NCBI GenBank assembly: GCA_026004395.1 | Contig: BPJB01000001.1 | Location: forward strand, 777,226-841,225 | Reading direction: 5' to 3' | Source: Patescibacteria group bacterium | GTDB lineage: Bacteria > Patescibacteriota > Microgenomatia > Levybacterales > UBA12049 | Length of the DNA stretch: 64,000 bases | Shown here: piece by piece, positions 1 to 10,541 of the stretch | How the letters are laid out: each line of letters starts with the position of its first letter | How positions within the stretch are numbered: the stretch's first letter is position 1 | Translations under genes and position numbers: made by a program | The notes under the pieces: model-generated | What the model saw: the letters and a program-made list of their open reading frames with translations, nothing else | Told to the model about the DNA's origin: nothing | Database searches by the model: none

Positions 1-249
1 GATATTAATATGAATTGCCGCCTCAAACAACAGTACCGGAAGAAGAAGATAAAAAATCAAATCAGGAGGCAGACTGATAGATGCTTCACCACCGGTGAAA
101 TTTATTATCAACTGTGCAAGAAATCCTGCTAAAAGAAGAGCAACTGTGTAAGGAAAGGAGAAACGATTAGTAATCACCTGAAGTATGCCTGTAGTAATAA
201 GAAAAAATCCCAGAAATAGAATAATATCAACTATCTGATTATTGTCCAT
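1..249 (-). CDS. CPA1-family Na+/H+ antiporter, N-terminal part (runs off the window)
   Basis: Manual translation from ATG 249: MDNNQIVDIILFLGFFLITTGILQVITNRFSFPYTVALLLAGF...LIFYLLLPVLLFEAAIHINI; PYTVxLxxxG and LPxLLFEAA are NhaP/NhaG-type motifs. Confidence 0.8.
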   Translation of the reverse strand, partial: MDNNQIVDIILFLGFFLITTGILQVITNRFSFPYTVALLLAGFLAQLIINFTGGEASISLPPDLIFYLLLPVLLFEAAIHINI

Positions 250-499
250 ATTGATGAACAAAAAATGAAATTTTATTCTAGCAATAATTGAATAGGGATT
301 CAATATAATTCTTGATGTATAATGTGGATGTATAATCTCTACTTAGTGCTAGTTCTTCATACTTTTACTCTGTAATACACTGTAAATTATTTACTTTTAG
401 TTTTAGTGACGATCCCTCTTTAGATATGCACAGATGAAGATTTTTTGTTCAAATAATTGATGAAATTTTTAAATTTTGTCTTTTTTAGAATTTAGATAT

Positions 500-1183
500 T
501 TACCTTCCAAATCTTCTCTCTTGATTTTGATACCAGTCAAGTGCTTTCTGAAATTCCTCAGGTGTAAAATCTGGCCAAAGAGTAGATGTGAAATAAAGCT
601 CTGCATACTCTGACTGCCACATAAGAAAGCCGCTTAAGCGCTGCTGTCCTCCTGTTCTGATAATCAGATCAGGATCTGGTTGTCCTGCTGTGTATAAATA
701 ATTGGAGAAAATCTGTATTGTTAGTTCCTTCGGTCCTTCTCTCAGTAATGCCTTAACTGCTTCTAAAATCTCATCTCTTCCTCCATAATTCAGAGCAAAG
801 TTAACAGTAATCCGATCATTGGTTTTACTTTGGTTATGAATTTGTTCAATGCGTTTTACAATATCTTCTGGAAAAACTTGGTATTTACCAAGAATATTAA
901 CCTTGACACCTTTGTCTTGCATTCTCTCAACCACAGGATCATTTAACATTTTACGGAAAACATGCATGAGCATTTTTACCTCAATAGGATCTCTCTTCCA
1001 ATTCTCAGTAGAAAAAGAATAAAAAGTCAAATATTGTATTCCCTGTTTTGCAGCATACTCAACCAGTGGCTCAATGCGGCGCGCTCCTTCTTCATGTCCT
1101 TTATCAATTGGCAAATTACGCTCTTTTGCCCAGCGTCTATTCCCATCCATAATTATCCCAATATGCTGAATCTTTTTAGTCAT
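500..1183 (-). CDS. uppS: Undecaprenyl diphosphate synthase
   Basis: HIGIIMDGNRRWA, FSTENWKR, IRTGGQQRLSGFLMWQ, ERRFGR. Confidence 0.97.
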   Translation of the reverse strand: MTKKIQHIGIIMDGNRRWAKERNLPIDKGHEEGARRIEPLVEYAAKQGIQYLTFYSFSTENWKRDPIEVKMLMHVFRKMLNDPVVERMQDKGVKVNILGKYQVFPEDIVKRIEQIHNQSKTNDRITVNFALNYGGRDEILEAVKALLREGPKELTIQIFSNYLYTAGQPDPDLIIRTGGQQRLSGFLMWQSEYAELYFTSTLWPDFTPEEFQKALDWYQNQERRFGR

Positions 1184-1220
1184 ATCAGAAACGATAAATT
1201 ATTTGTGTAGATTTATGAAG

Positions 1221-2615
1221 CTAAGAAATTTTTCTAATCTCTGTTCCTTTTTCAGTATCTTGAATATCAAATCCAAGTTTTCTAATTCTGTTGCGAATCT
1301 GATCTGCCCTCATGTATTGCTTGTTTTTTCTAGCTCTTGCTCGCTCCTCAACAAGATCTAATACTTCCTGCGGTACTTCCACTGGATATTTAGCTGTTTG
1401 TTCATAATACTCTTTTAAATTAAATCCTAATACCTCATCCATCTTAAAAAGAGATCGCGCTTTAGCAGAAGTAGGATAATCAGATTTCACCAGATCCCAA
1501 ACTACTGCAAGAGCCTCAGGAGTATTAAGGTCATCGTTGAGAGCATCAAGGAATTTTTGTTCATATTCAGCACATCCAATCTTGGGAGCATCCCATTCAA
1601 GAATAATATTCTTAAGCCTTTTGAGAGCATTCCTTGCAGCATCCAGCGCTCCAAATGTAAAGTTCATTTCCTGACGATAATGCGTCTGAAGATAAAGATA
1701 TCTTAAATCCATAGGATCATAACCCTCCTTCTCAAGATCATAAAGTTTGTAATTATTACCCAAACTCTTACTCATCCTCTCTCCTTGCACCAGCATAAAT
1801 GCCACATGAAACCAATATCTTACAAATTGCTTATGCGTTGCTGCTTCAGATTGAGCGATTTCATTAGGGTGATGAATCTGCTTAAGATCCATACCTCCAG
1901 CGTGAATATCAATAGTCTCACCCAAATACTTCATGCTCATTGCCGAACACTCAATGTGCCATCCGGGGAAACCTTTCCCCCAGGGACTATCCCACTCCAT
2001 CTGACGTATCGTGTCTTTGGGTGAGAATTTCCATAAAGCAAAATCTCTTGGATTGCGTTTTTCTTCGTTCATCTCTACTCTTGCACCTTCTTTAATCTGA
2101 TCCATATCTGATAATTTCCCATAATCTTTGAATTTACTGGTATCAAAATAAATTCCATCTGATATTCTATAGGTATATCCTTGTTCCTCAAGTCTTTTTA
2201 TAAGATCAATCTGTTCGTTAATATGCTCAGTAGCACGAGCAAATACTTCAGGCTGGGTAAGGTTGAGCTTTTGATAATCTTGCAAAAATGCATCTGTATA
2301 AAATTCTGCAATCTCCCAAGCTGTTTTCCCTTCTCTTCTTGCTGATTTTTCAAGCCTATCCTCACCAACATCTGCATCTCCGAGGTTATCTCCTGTCAGA
2401 TGACCTACATCAGTAATGTTCATAACATACTTCACATCGAAAGAGTTATATTTGAGAGTACGTACCAAAATATCCGCCATTGTATAGGTACGAAAATTAC
2501 CAATATGAGCAAAATCATATACAGTTGGTCCACAGGTGTACATCGTCACACGTGGTGGATTGAGGGGTTTGAACTCTTCAATAGTACGACTGAGAGAATT
2601 ATATAATCTGAGCAT
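1221..2615 (-). CDS. cysS: Cysteine--tRNA ligase
   Basis: [30 protein letters not shown]. Confidence 0.98.
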   Translation of the reverse strand: MLRLYNSLSRTIEEFKPLNPPRVTMYTCGPTVYDFAHIGNFRTYTMADILVRTLKYNSFDVKYVMNITDVGHLTGDNLGDADVGEDRLEKSARREGKTAWEIAEFYTDAFLQDYQKLNLTQPEVFARATEHINEQIDLIKRLEEQGYTYRISDGIYFDTSKFKDYGKLSDMDQIKEGARVEMNEEKRNPRDFALWKFSPKDTIRQMEWDSPWGKGFPGWHIECSAMSMKYLGETIDIHAGGMDLKQIHHPNEIAQSEAATHKQFVRYWFHVAFMLVQGERMSKSLGNNYKLYDLEKEGYDPMDLRYLYLQTHYRQEMNFTFGALDAARNALKRLKNIILEWDAPKIGCAEYEQKFLDALNDDLNTPEALAVVWDLVKSDYPTSAKARSLFKMDEVLGFNLKEYYEQTAKYPVEVPQEVLDLVEERARARKNKQYMRADQIRNRIRKLGFDIQDTEKGTEIRKIS

Positions 2616-2792
2616 CTTTAATCTTTAAATTTTAACTATCCTTTCTTCTCAAAATTCTAAAATATAATCATTGAATTATTGATCAAAGATAATAAACTGC
2701 GATTTTCATATTTTACCATATTGACAGCCTCAATCATAATAGCATGTAATATAAGTAAGAGACTTTCTTGAGAAATTTTACATCCTTAATTT

Positions 2793-3839
2793 ATGAATAT
2801 TAGAACAGTTAGTTTTAATGGGTTTACTTTTGTAGATGTACATAATCCTCAAGATTTTGAACTAAAATTTCTCAAACATAATTATAATTTTGATCAAATT
2901 CATCTTGATGATTTTACTCAAAAACAGCAAGTTACAAAAATTGAAATAGAAAAAAATTATATTCTTGTCTCTCTTGATTTTCCTTATTTGGAAAAGCCAG
3001 GAAACACAAAAAAAATAAATGGTTCAAATGGCAATGGACATCACCATGAAAACAAACACCATACTCTAACTCAAGCACTTACTACAACACCAGTCTCTAT
3101 ACCTTTGCTAATTTCACAATCAAAGAAAAAGCGTATTCGAACAGGACACGTAGCTTTTTTCATAAAAGAAAAATACTTAGTTATCTTACACGATGAGAGG
3201 ACACCACAAATTGATGAGATATTTACTGAATGCCAACAAACACTTAAAAAACGGGAAGAGTTTATGGGTCTTGGACCACAGTATCTTTTTTATAGAATAG
3301 TTGATATTCTTGTTGATTCATCGCTACAAGTTATTAATGATATAACTTCTACCATCGATAAAATTGATAAGCATGTAATTGAAGATAATCCAGCAGAAAA
3401 AATTGTCGAGGATATATCAGCCACAAGACGCAATATTGTCGTCTTTCAAACAATGGTAAAACCTGCCATGAATATTTTTTCTGATCTTGAACATCATAAA
3501 TACCCCCAAATTGATGCCAGCCTAACTTCTTCATGGAGTAATATCAAAGATCATTTGCAGCGAATTTGGTATCGACTCGAGGATTCAAAAGAGCTAATTG
3601 AAGGTATAGCAACCAGTTATGAATCACTGCTAACAGCCAAAACTAATGAAATTGTAAAGGTACTTACTATGTTTACTGCTATTTTACTCCCTCTCACACT
3701 TCTTGCTAGTATATATGGAATGAATATTGTGGGACTTCCCCATGCCGATAAACCTTATGTATTGACTAGTTTAATACTTATTATGTTAATTATGGCAATT
3801 GCGATGGTCATCGTATTTAAACTGAAAAAATGGCTGTAA
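2793..3839 (+). CDS. corA: CorA-family Mg2+/Co2+ transporter with His-rich insertion
   Basis: YGMN signature between two C-terminal TM helices; ends FKLKKWL. Confidence 0.9.
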   Translation: MNIRTVSFNGFTFVDVHNPQDFELKFLKHNYNFDQIHLDDFTQKQQVTKIEIEKNYILVSLDFPYLEKPGNTKKINGSNGNGHHHENKHHTLTQALTTTPVSIPLLISQSKKKRIRTGHVAFFIKEKYLVILHDERTPQIDEIFTECQQTLKKREEFMGLGPQYLFYRIVDILVDSSLQVINDITSTIDKIDKHVIEDNPAEKIVEDISATRRNIVVFQTMVKPAMNIFSDLEHHKYPQIDASLTSSWSNIKDHLQRIWYRLEDSKELIEGIATSYESLLTAKTNEIVKVLTMFTAILLPLTLLASIYGMNIVGLPHADKPYVLTSLILIMLIMAIAMVIVFKLKKWL

Positions 3840-3943
3840 ATTTGGGTAAAAAATCTTATATAACTTATTCTAAAAATTTTTTTGCAGAGCCTTATCTCTA
3901 TCCAAACTAAACATTTTTCCTTGAATATCCAAACTAATCTCGA

Positions 3944-4459
3944 CTATCCCGACACACCTCTGTGGGTCTCTGCTTTAGTCATTGCCTGTTTAAGAGATAA
4001 TGGAAGCTCTTTCTTTTTTTCCTCCTGAAGCTCCTCCATCTTTTTAGCCTCTTCTTGTTTTTGCTCTTCTTCTAATCGTTCTTGGACTGATGGTTCGCGT
4101 TTCCTTTGATTGAAAGTTGGATCAAAATAGGTTTTTTTATGTTGCTCAAGATGTGCTCTTGTTTGTGCCAATTTTTTTTGCCTCTCTTCTTGATCTTTGC
4201 TCTCCATTTGCTGAATATCTAACATAGATTGTGGATCTTGCTGAGATTGAGTTACATTCTGTTGCATTGTTTCATTGAAGTGGTCTGAAAGATTTGTGGA
4301 GGTATCGCTCTTCTGAGTTGTACTATCAGGAGATACTCCCAGCTGTGATGCTGCAGATTGTGTAATCTGCTTTGCAGTGTTTGTTAACTGTTGTTTGGCA
4401 GAACTTACTCCTTGTTCAAATGCTTCTTCAAATGTTGATGTGAAAGGATTTTTGGGCAT
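3944..4459 (-). CDS. Hypothetical Gln/Glu-rich coiled-coil protein
   Basis: 171-aa ORF directly downstream of the DUF59 gene; no recognised motif. Confidence 0.7.
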   Translation of the reverse strand: MPKNPFTSTFEEAFEQGVSSAKQQLTNTAKQITQSAASQLGVSPDSTTQKSDTSTNLSDHFNETMQQNVTQSQQDPQSMLDIQQMESKDQEERQKKLAQTRAHLEQHKKTYFDPTFNQRKREPSVQERLEEEQKQEEAKKMEELQEEKKKELPLSLKQAMTKAETHRGVSG

Positions 4460-4461
4460 AA

Positions 4462-4770
4462 TTATTTTATGATTCCAAGCTCTTCTTTCTGATCGTCGGA
4501 TATCATGTCAGGACTCCATGGAGGATCCCATACTAAGTTAATCACAACATCGCAGACGCCGTCAACTTTTCTTACAGCAGTCGGTATCCACTCTCTAAAA
4601 ACAAAGGATAACGGACATCCGGGAGTGGTGAGTGTCATAGTAATTTCAACTCTACCTTCAGTCTGATCTATTCCTAAATCATAAATTAAACCTAAATCTA
4701 CAATATTAATATTCAATTCCGGATCAATAATCTCTTTTAAAGCTCTTATAATCTCCCGCTCTACTATCAT
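4462..4770 (-). CDS. Metal-sulfur cluster assembly factor (SufT/DUF59/PaaD-like)
   Basis: DPELNINIVDLGLIY, MTLTTPGCP, VWDPPWSPDMIS. Confidence 0.93.
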   Translation of the reverse strand: MIVEREIIRALKEIIDPELNINIVDLGLIYDLGIDQTEGRVEITMTLTTPGCPLSFVFREWIPTAVRKVDGVCDVVINLVWDPPWSPDMISDDQKEELGIIK

Positions 4771-4778
4771 ATATTTTC

Positions 4779-4797
4779 ACTCTAATGATACGTATCA
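4779..4797. repeat. Copy B of the CTCTAATGATACGTATCATTAGAG palindrome (downstream of the TrpR-like gene)
   Basis: ACTCTAATGATACGTATCA; 19/19 match to the reverse complement of the copy in zwf. Confidence 0.85.
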
Positions 4798-4805
4798 ATA
4801 TATTC

Positions 4806-5249
4806 TTAAAATGCTTTTCTGAAGGTGCGCTTTTTGCTTTCTAGCTCTTGCTTATGCTGGTATCTATTTGTCCCTTTAGACTGAGGAATTGATGAGATAA
4901 CCAAATCAACTTTCTGCCAAAAATCGTTTATTTTCTCCTCTTGCAGCATTTTTTCTACAGTTTTTTTATAACCTTTACCAGCATATTTTAAACGAATGCT
5001 CACTGAGGCAATTGTTGATGGAGTAACATGAAGAATAGCCTTTATTGATTGATAATCATACCCCTTTGCTAGCATGACCGCTATCGCTAATCTTTTAGCC
5101 AGCATAATCTTCTCAACAGGAGATAAAAAATCTTCTAAAAAATCATCAATCTCGTCCGATTGTTTGAGAGAAGAAATTGCATTTCTAAAAAGCTGGAGGA
5201 TTTGTTTATTAACTGTAGAACTAACAGGATAACGTGAAATCTGTGTCAT
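4806..5249 (-). CDS. TrpR-like HTH protein (YerC/YecD family)
   Basis: FLEDFLSPVEKIMLAKRLAIAVMLAKGYDYQSIKAILHVTPSTIASVS matches the Trp-repressor-fold pattern. Confidence 0.85.
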   Translation of the reverse strand: MTQISRYPVSSTVNKQILQLFRNAISSLKQSDEIDDFLEDFLSPVEKIMLAKRLAIAVMLAKGYDYQSIKAILHVTPSTIASVSIRLKYAGKGYKKTVEKMLQEEKINDFWQKVDLVISSIPQSKGTNRYQHKQELESKKRTFRKAF

Positions 5250-5265
5250 AATGCTACTCTACTTC

Positions 5266-5289
5266 GATGAGACGTATCATTAGAGTAAA
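5266..5289. promoter_or_regulatory. Copy C of the palindrome; candidate operator upstream of the TrpR-like gene
   Basis: GATGAGACGTATCATTAGAGTAAA; 23/24 identical to 16457-16480; lies 17-40 bp upstream of the ATG at 5249. Confidence 0.75.
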
Positions 5290-5291
5290 AG

Positions 5292-5906
5292 TCAATACTT
5301 GGTTCTTCCCTCAATAGAACGTTGGAGAGTCATGGAATCTGCATATTCAAGATCTGCACCTATTGGAAGACCTCTCCCAATTCTAGTTACATTAATATCG
5401 GGAAAATGCTCTCGAATATACTTAGCGATATACATCGCTGTTGCCTCGCCTTCCATTGTTGGATTGGTAGCTAAAATAACCTCTTTAATTGTATAGCCAT
5501 TCCTACTCTCTCTAATTCGCTGAAAAAGCTGTGATATATAGATCTCATTTGGTCCAATATTATTCAGTGGATCAATTCTTCCATGAAGGACATGATATAC
5601 ACCGTTATACTTGCCGCTTCTTTCAAGTGCTAAAACATCAAGAGCCTCTTCCACAACACAAATAGTAGACTGATCTCTATCTTGGCTAGCACAATATGCG
5701 CACGGATCCACCTCACCTACACTGTAGCAGATAGAACATACTACGGTATCTTTCTTCAAGTTAGAGATAGCCTGTGCAAATCTATCTAATTCATGTTGTG
5801 GTACATGAAGTAAGTAGAAAGTCAATCTTTGAGCTGTCTTTGGACCAATACCAGGAAGCTTTTCAAATGATTCAATAACTTGTTGGATTGCTTTTGGAAT
5901 TTTCAT
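5292..5906 (-). CDS. recR: Recombination mediator RecR
   Basis: LPGIGPKTAQR HhH, C4 zinc finger, Toprim ILATNPTMEGEATA. Confidence 0.97.
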   Translation of the reverse strand: MKIPKAIQQVIESFEKLPGIGPKTAQRLTFYLLHVPQHELDRFAQAISNLKKDTVVCSICYSVGEVDPCAYCASQDRDQSTICVVEEALDVLALERSGKYNGVYHVLHGRIDPLNNIGPNEIYISQLFQRIRESRNGYTIKEVILATNPTMEGEATAMYIAKYIREHFPDINVTRIGRGLPIGADLEYADSMTLQRSIEGRTKY

Positions 5907-6268
5907 ATATAATGAAGAAGAAAAATTTCTCTAGTATGAGGAAGAAATTTATCCCTCTTTTTATTTTTTAGATTACCATATAAGCCTCAAATTCTCAAGC
6001 AAAGCAGTAAAAGTATGCATTATGTGTGCCAGAAAAATCACAGATTTATTTCTTAGGCTTTTCAGATTTAAAAGTTTATAAAATCTCTTATCATCGACCA
6101 CTTATTGCAGTGAAAGATTATAAAATTATTGCGCACCGCATAAATTGCTCCATTACTCAATAATTTTATCTTTCCATCCCCAAGGCGCACAAGCTGAATC
6201 AAATTGTGATTTGGAAAGAAGTAATTATTTTTATAAATAGCTTGCAAAAAACTATATTTTTAATTATT

Positions 6269-7174
6269 TTATAATCCTTGCTTTATTCTATCAGCTATCA
6301 TTGTAGAAAGTGAGATAATTTTCAGCTTGGAGAATTGTTTATCCTCAGAGACTAGAACAGAATCTGTAATATAGACCCTATCTACCACTGAATTCTGCAA
6401 GATTTTGGGAGCATCAGCAGAAAACACCGCATGAGTTACAAAAACATAAATTTCTTTTGCTCCCTTTTCTTTTAACAATTCTGCCGCTTTGACAATCGTT
6501 TTACCACTGGATATCATATCGTCCACTATCAAAGCTCTATGGTTAATCTCCCCTTTGATATCTACCATATCAACATTACCAGATGCCAAATCTCGATTTT
6601 TCTCGATGACTGCATAAGGCATTTGAGTCAACATCTCAGAAATTAACTTAATTCTCCTAATTCCGCCCATATCAGGAGATACCAAAACGCTATCCAACCC
6701 TCCCCACCCTTGTTTTTTTATTTCTTGAGCAAAAAGAGGCAAAGCTGACAGATGAGTCACTGGAATATGGAAAAACTCGGGAATTTTAAGAGAATGGAGA
6801 TCAAAAGTAACAATTTTATCAATACCGACTGCTTCTAAAGTCTTTGTTATAACCTGCATTGAGACAGCTTCTCCTGATCGAAAAATATGATCTTGGCGTT
6901 GATAGCCAACATACGGCATAACAAGAGTAATTGACCTTGCCCCTGCACGATTTAGCGCATCAGCAATAAAAAACAACTCCATGTAATACGTGTCAGCTGG
7001 TGTTGATGTAGATTGAATTATCACACAATCCTCATCAATAACATCTGTCTCAACTCTTACACGACGTTCTTGATCTGGAAAAATAAATATTTCAAGTGGA
7101 GATAACTGAATACCAAGTTCATTTCCAATCTTGCCGGCAAGAATAGTATTGGAGCTACCACTAAATAATTTCAT
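6269..7174 (-). CDS. prs: Ribose-phosphate pyrophosphokinase
   Basis: PYVGYQRQD, VSPDMGG, IVDDMISSGKT; likely start MKLFSGSS at 7174. Confidence 0.95.
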   Translation of the reverse strand: MKLFSGSSNTILAGKIGNELGIQLSPLEIFIFPDQERRVRVETDVIDEDCVIIQSTSTPADTYYMELFFIADALNRAGARSITLVMPYVGYQRQDHIFRSGEAVSMQVITKTLEAVGIDKIVTFDLHSLKIPEFFHIPVTHLSALPLFAQEIKKQGWGGLDSVLVSPDMGGIRRIKLISEMLTQMPYAVIEKNRDLASGNVDMVDIKGEINHRALIVDDMISSGKTIVKAAELLKEKGAKEIYVFVTHAVFSADAPKILQNSVVDRVYITDSVLVSEDKQFSKLKIISLSTMIADRIKQGL

Positions 7175-7196
7175 TTCTTTTATTGTACAGGCCTTT

Positions 7197-7622
7197 TTAT
7201 CCACAAGCAATTATCTCATTTTTTTTTAGTTTCCAGGTTTTACGTAACTGTGAAACGCGTTCTTCTTTAGACATTTCATCTCTCAATGTTTGAATCATTC
7301 TTACAGAAAATTTATTACTTTTCTGACTTTTGGCTACAACTTGAGAAAAAGCTTCTCTATAGTTTTCAGTAGGAGAAATTGGATACGAAAAACATGATTT
7401 ATCTTGTATCTCATTTTTATCTACTTCTTGAGTTAATTTGTCATTATTTTCCTCTCTTTGCAAATAAGTAGTCTCAGACTTTTCTTCTGACTCCTCATAA
7501 GGAAATATTGGAAAAGAAGTAATTTCCACTGAACGAACATCTTCTTCAACAAAGATGTCTTTTTCTACTAAATTAGATCTAATATTATCTCCTTCAGATA
7601 CTTTCTCAGATTCTTTTGACAT
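7197..7622 (-). CDS. Hypothetical acidic protein
   Basis: 141-aa ORF between ebfC and prs; no motif. Confidence 0.55.
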   Translation of the reverse strand: MSKESEKVSEGDNIRSNLVEKDIFVEEDVRSVEITSFPIFPYEESEEKSETTYLQREENNDKLTQEVDKNEIQDKSCFSYPISPTENYREAFSQVVAKSQKSNKFSVRMIQTLRDEMSKEERVSQLRKTWKLKKNEIIACG

Positions 7623-7746
7623 AGGATGGATAAAAACATTTATCTTCTGAAGGAATGTTACTTATACCATCCCTAAGAGGAAAAAATGTCAGATTTATAA
7701 CACCCACCTCATACGCTGAGGTAACTTATCGGAATATTGACTTATT

Positions 7747-8031
7747 TTACTTCAAACCGCCCAATAATCCTCCCAGACCACCAGTCATTTGTTGCAATTT
7801 CTTCGCTGCCACCTCTTGAGATTTTTTAATAGCTTCGTTCACAGCTTCAACTATATCTTTATCTGATTTGCCGTTAGTTCTAATCTCTTTAAGTTTTTGA
7901 TCTCCTGTAATAACAACCAAAATACCTTTCTTTTCAATTGTTATTTCTTCTGCTTGGAGCTGTCGTTGAATTTGAAGAGCCTGATCACGCATCTTTTTAA
8001 GTTCTCCAAGTTGTCCAAAAGGATTGATCAT
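7747..8031 (-). CDS. ybaB: YbaB/EbfC nucleoid-associated protein
   Basis: Size, coiled ends with GGLGG tail, position after dnaX, GGAGG SD. Confidence 0.88.
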   Translation of the reverse strand: MINPFGQLGELKKMRDQALQIQRQLQAEEITIEKKGILVVITGDQKLKEIRTNGKSDKDIVEAVNEAIKKSQEVAAKKLQQMTGGLGGLLGGLK

Positions 8032-8182
8032 ATTGTAAAATTCACCTCCTTATATTCTATTAATCTGCCTAAGTATTTTATTATCAATCTAAATTATTAT
8101 CAAGTAATCATCAATAAAAACCTTTTCTATTGAAGATAGTTCATTTAGATCCTACTGAATCTGGCGTATTTAAAAATAATAA

Positions 8183-9703
8183 TTATTTTTTTAATTCTAT
8201 TGTAACTTTGATCGGATTGCCAGTAAGCTCTTCAGAGATCTTTTGAAGAAGAGAATAAGTTTTAGCCTCTTCTAATTTTTCCTTATGAAATTGATAAGCA
8301 GCCTCTATAACCATCTGTTTCTTGTCGTAATATTTTAATGAACAACTATTAAGTACTCCTGCAATAGTATGATTATGTACTTTAACGCTTGCAATGAAGC
8401 TCCTCCAAAATGCAACTAACCATTCATCTGACGGATTGCCTACCGCAGTATAACTTAGAATACTAACGGGAGTAGGACTCACTTTTTCTTTTTTCTCCTT
8501 TTTTTGTTCACCGTTAACTGCCCGTTCTTTAGCGATTTCTCCTAAATCTTTTCTGAGTTTTTGTAACGTCACTTTTTGTTCTGTTGAAGATTGTTCTTTC
8601 TCTGTGGCAATATGTTTGTTCTCGTTCTGATCTTTATTAGTACACCAATTTATAATTGCTAGCTCAAGTGGAAGCTGCGGTATGACAGCATATTTAGTGT
8701 CAACGATTGCTTGAGAAAAAAGATGAATTAACTGCCTTAATTCCTCAAGTGATAAATGGCTTGCGTTTCTATCTTTTTTGATAACTCCAACTTTTAATAA
8801 AAGCTGACTATGTAATTCCTCTATAAATTGAGAAATAAAGTATTTGATGTCTATTCCTACATCAACAATTTTTAATGTTAGCTCAAGAGAACGAGTAATA
8901 TCGCGATTTTCAATTGCTTTAAGAAGATCTTGTGTAAATTTTTCTATACTCTCTAGATGGTACTTCCTCTCCAGAATATCAGCCGTTATTTTACTGCCAC
9001 CTGACAAGGAAACTAACTCTTCAAGAATTTTCGTACCATCTCTAAATCCTCCTTCTGCAAGTTTTGCTATTTTATAAAGAACCTCTTCATCAATATCTAA
9101 TTCCTCACCATGAACAATTCTCCTAAATGATCTTACCAATTCATCCTCAGTGGCAATTTTAAATTCTAAGTGAAAACATCGAGATAGGATTGTTGAAGGA
9201 ATTTTATGTAACTCTGTCGTGCAAAGAATAAAAACAGTATGAGAAGGTGGCTCTTCAAGAGTCTTCAGAAGAGCATTAAAAGCCTCTGTTGTTAACATAT
9301 GAACTTCATCAATGATATAAACTTTCTTTTTAGCAGAGAAAGGTGTAAGACGGACTTTCTCTTTCAAATCACGTATCTCATCAATGCCCCTATTTGAAGC
9401 TGCATCAATTTCCAAAACATCCATATTTGTACCGTTGATAATACTCTGACACTGATCACATGAATTACAGGGTTCAATGTCTTTTCCGCTGGTGTCTTTT
9501 CGTCCTGTACAGTTAATAATTTTGGCAATGATGCGAGCGGTTGATGTTTTACCCAAACCTTTGGGCCCCGTGAACAAAAATGCATGAGGTATTTGAATAA
9601 AAGTAGGAGCGCTTGCTTGTAGAAGTGATTTAAGTTTTTTCCTTACTTCTTCGCTATCTAATTCTTCTATTGTTTGTGGACGATATTTTCTGTAAAAAAC
9701 CAT
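8183..9703 (-). CDS. dnaX: DNA polymerase III subunit gamma/tau
   Basis: YRKYRPQT, GPKGLGKTS, EIDAASNRGIDEIR, DEVHML, AFNALLKTLEEPP. Confidence 0.98.
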   Translation of the reverse strand: MVFYRKYRPQTIEELDSEEVRKKLKSLLQASAPTFIQIPHAFLFTGPKGLGKTSTARIIAKIINCTGRKDTSGKDIEPCNSCDQCQSIINGTNMDVLEIDAASNRGIDEIRDLKEKVRLTPFSAKKKVYIIDEVHMLTTEAFNALLKTLEEPPSHTVFILCTTELHKIPSTILSRCFHLEFKIATEDELVRSFRRIVHGEELDIDEEVLYKIAKLAEGGFRDGTKILEELVSLSGGSKITADILERKYHLESIEKFTQDLLKAIENRDITRSLELTLKIVDVGIDIKYFISQFIEELHSQLLLKVGVIKKDRNASHLSLEELRQLIHLFSQAIVDTKYAVIPQLPLELAIINWCTNKDQNENKHIATEKEQSSTEQKVTLQKLRKDLGEIAKERAVNGEQKKEKKEKVSPTPVSILSYTAVGNPSDEWLVAFWRSFIASVKVHNHTIAGVLNSCSLKYYDKKQMVIEAAYQFHKEKLEEAKTYSLLQKISEELTGNPIKVTIELKK

Positions 9704-9778
9704 ATTCCCTAATGTTGTTCTCTCAATTCTTTATCTACTATCTCGTGCGCCTTTCTATACTCTCAGTTTTAATCTACC

Positions 9779-9806
9779 ATCTCTATCGTCCACTGGACGA
9801 AGAGAT
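9779..9806. terminator. Stem-loop between ybeY and dnaX
   Basis: ATCTCT-A-TCGTCCA-C-TGGACGA-AGAGAT inverted repeat; no clear U tract. Confidence 0.3.
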
Positions 9807-9877
9807 TCATTTAAAAAAGGTAAAGAAATCAAAGAGATTTACCGCTTAGCTCCTCGGAATAGTTACGAACTAACAAA

Positions 9878-10261
9878 CTAATGATGCTCACCTAACAAAT
9901 GCAGCATCCCATGCCGTACTAATTGATTTATTTTATCATCAACTAGTACCTCTTCCTCTGCTGCTTCTTTAATTACCTGAGGATAGGAAATAATGATATC
10001 CCCCAGTCGTAAAATATTACCAGGAATAACTGTTGGCTCACCTTCTATCAAAGGGAAAGTAAGAATATTTGTCGTCTTGTCAATATTTCTAAATTTTTTG
10101 TTGAATGCTCTCATCTTTCGATCGCCAACAAAGGCAAGCGAAACTTCAGCAGAGCTTGATACTTCCTTCTCATCAAGAACAGCATGCACTGTTTGCTTGA
10201 TTTTCCGTCTATTGACTTTATAACGGCTTTCAACAAAGATAAAGATCTTAACATTAGCCAT
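9878..10261 (-). CDS. ybeY: rRNA maturation endoribonuclease YbeY
   Basis: LGDIIIS and HGMLHLLGEHH. Confidence 0.93.
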   Translation of the reverse strand: MANVKIFIFVESRYKVNRRKIKQTVHAVLDEKEVSSSAEVSLAFVGDRKMRAFNKKFRNIDKTTNILTFPLIEGEPTVIPGNILRLGDIIISYPQVIKEAAEEEVLVDDKINQLVRHGMLHLLGEHH

Positions 10262-10266
10262 CTGGA

Positions 10267-10449
10267 TTATACAATTAAGCGTCGACGTCGCCTGCTTTCT
10301 TCTTGCTTAAGTTTCTTAGCAAGAGAAGGCTTGAGGTAGAACTGACGTCGTTTTGCTTCATTAATAATTCCTGCGTCAATAACTTTTCTTGAAAATTTGC
10401 GAATAAGCGTTTCATCAGTTTCACCTGGTTGTTTTTTAACGAATACCAT
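10267..10449 (-). CDS. rpsU: 30S ribosomal protein S21
   Basis: LIRKFSRKVIDAGIINEAKRRQFYLKPS; GGAGG SD. Confidence 0.9.
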   Translation of the reverse strand: MVFVKKQPGETDETLIRKFSRKVIDAGIINEAKRRQFYLKPSLAKKLKQEESRRRRRLIV

Positions 10450-10541
10450 AATAAAAACACCTCCTTTAATAGCATTTCAGAAAATCAAAAGCTTATGGTG
10501 GGGTCTATTTTACACCAAATAATAAGAACTGTAAACAAAAT

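Noticed and set aside
9704-9877. Possible SRP RNA upstream of dnaX
   Set aside because: No SRP domain IV motif (CAGG...GGAAG.AGCAG) on either strand; only one hairpin.
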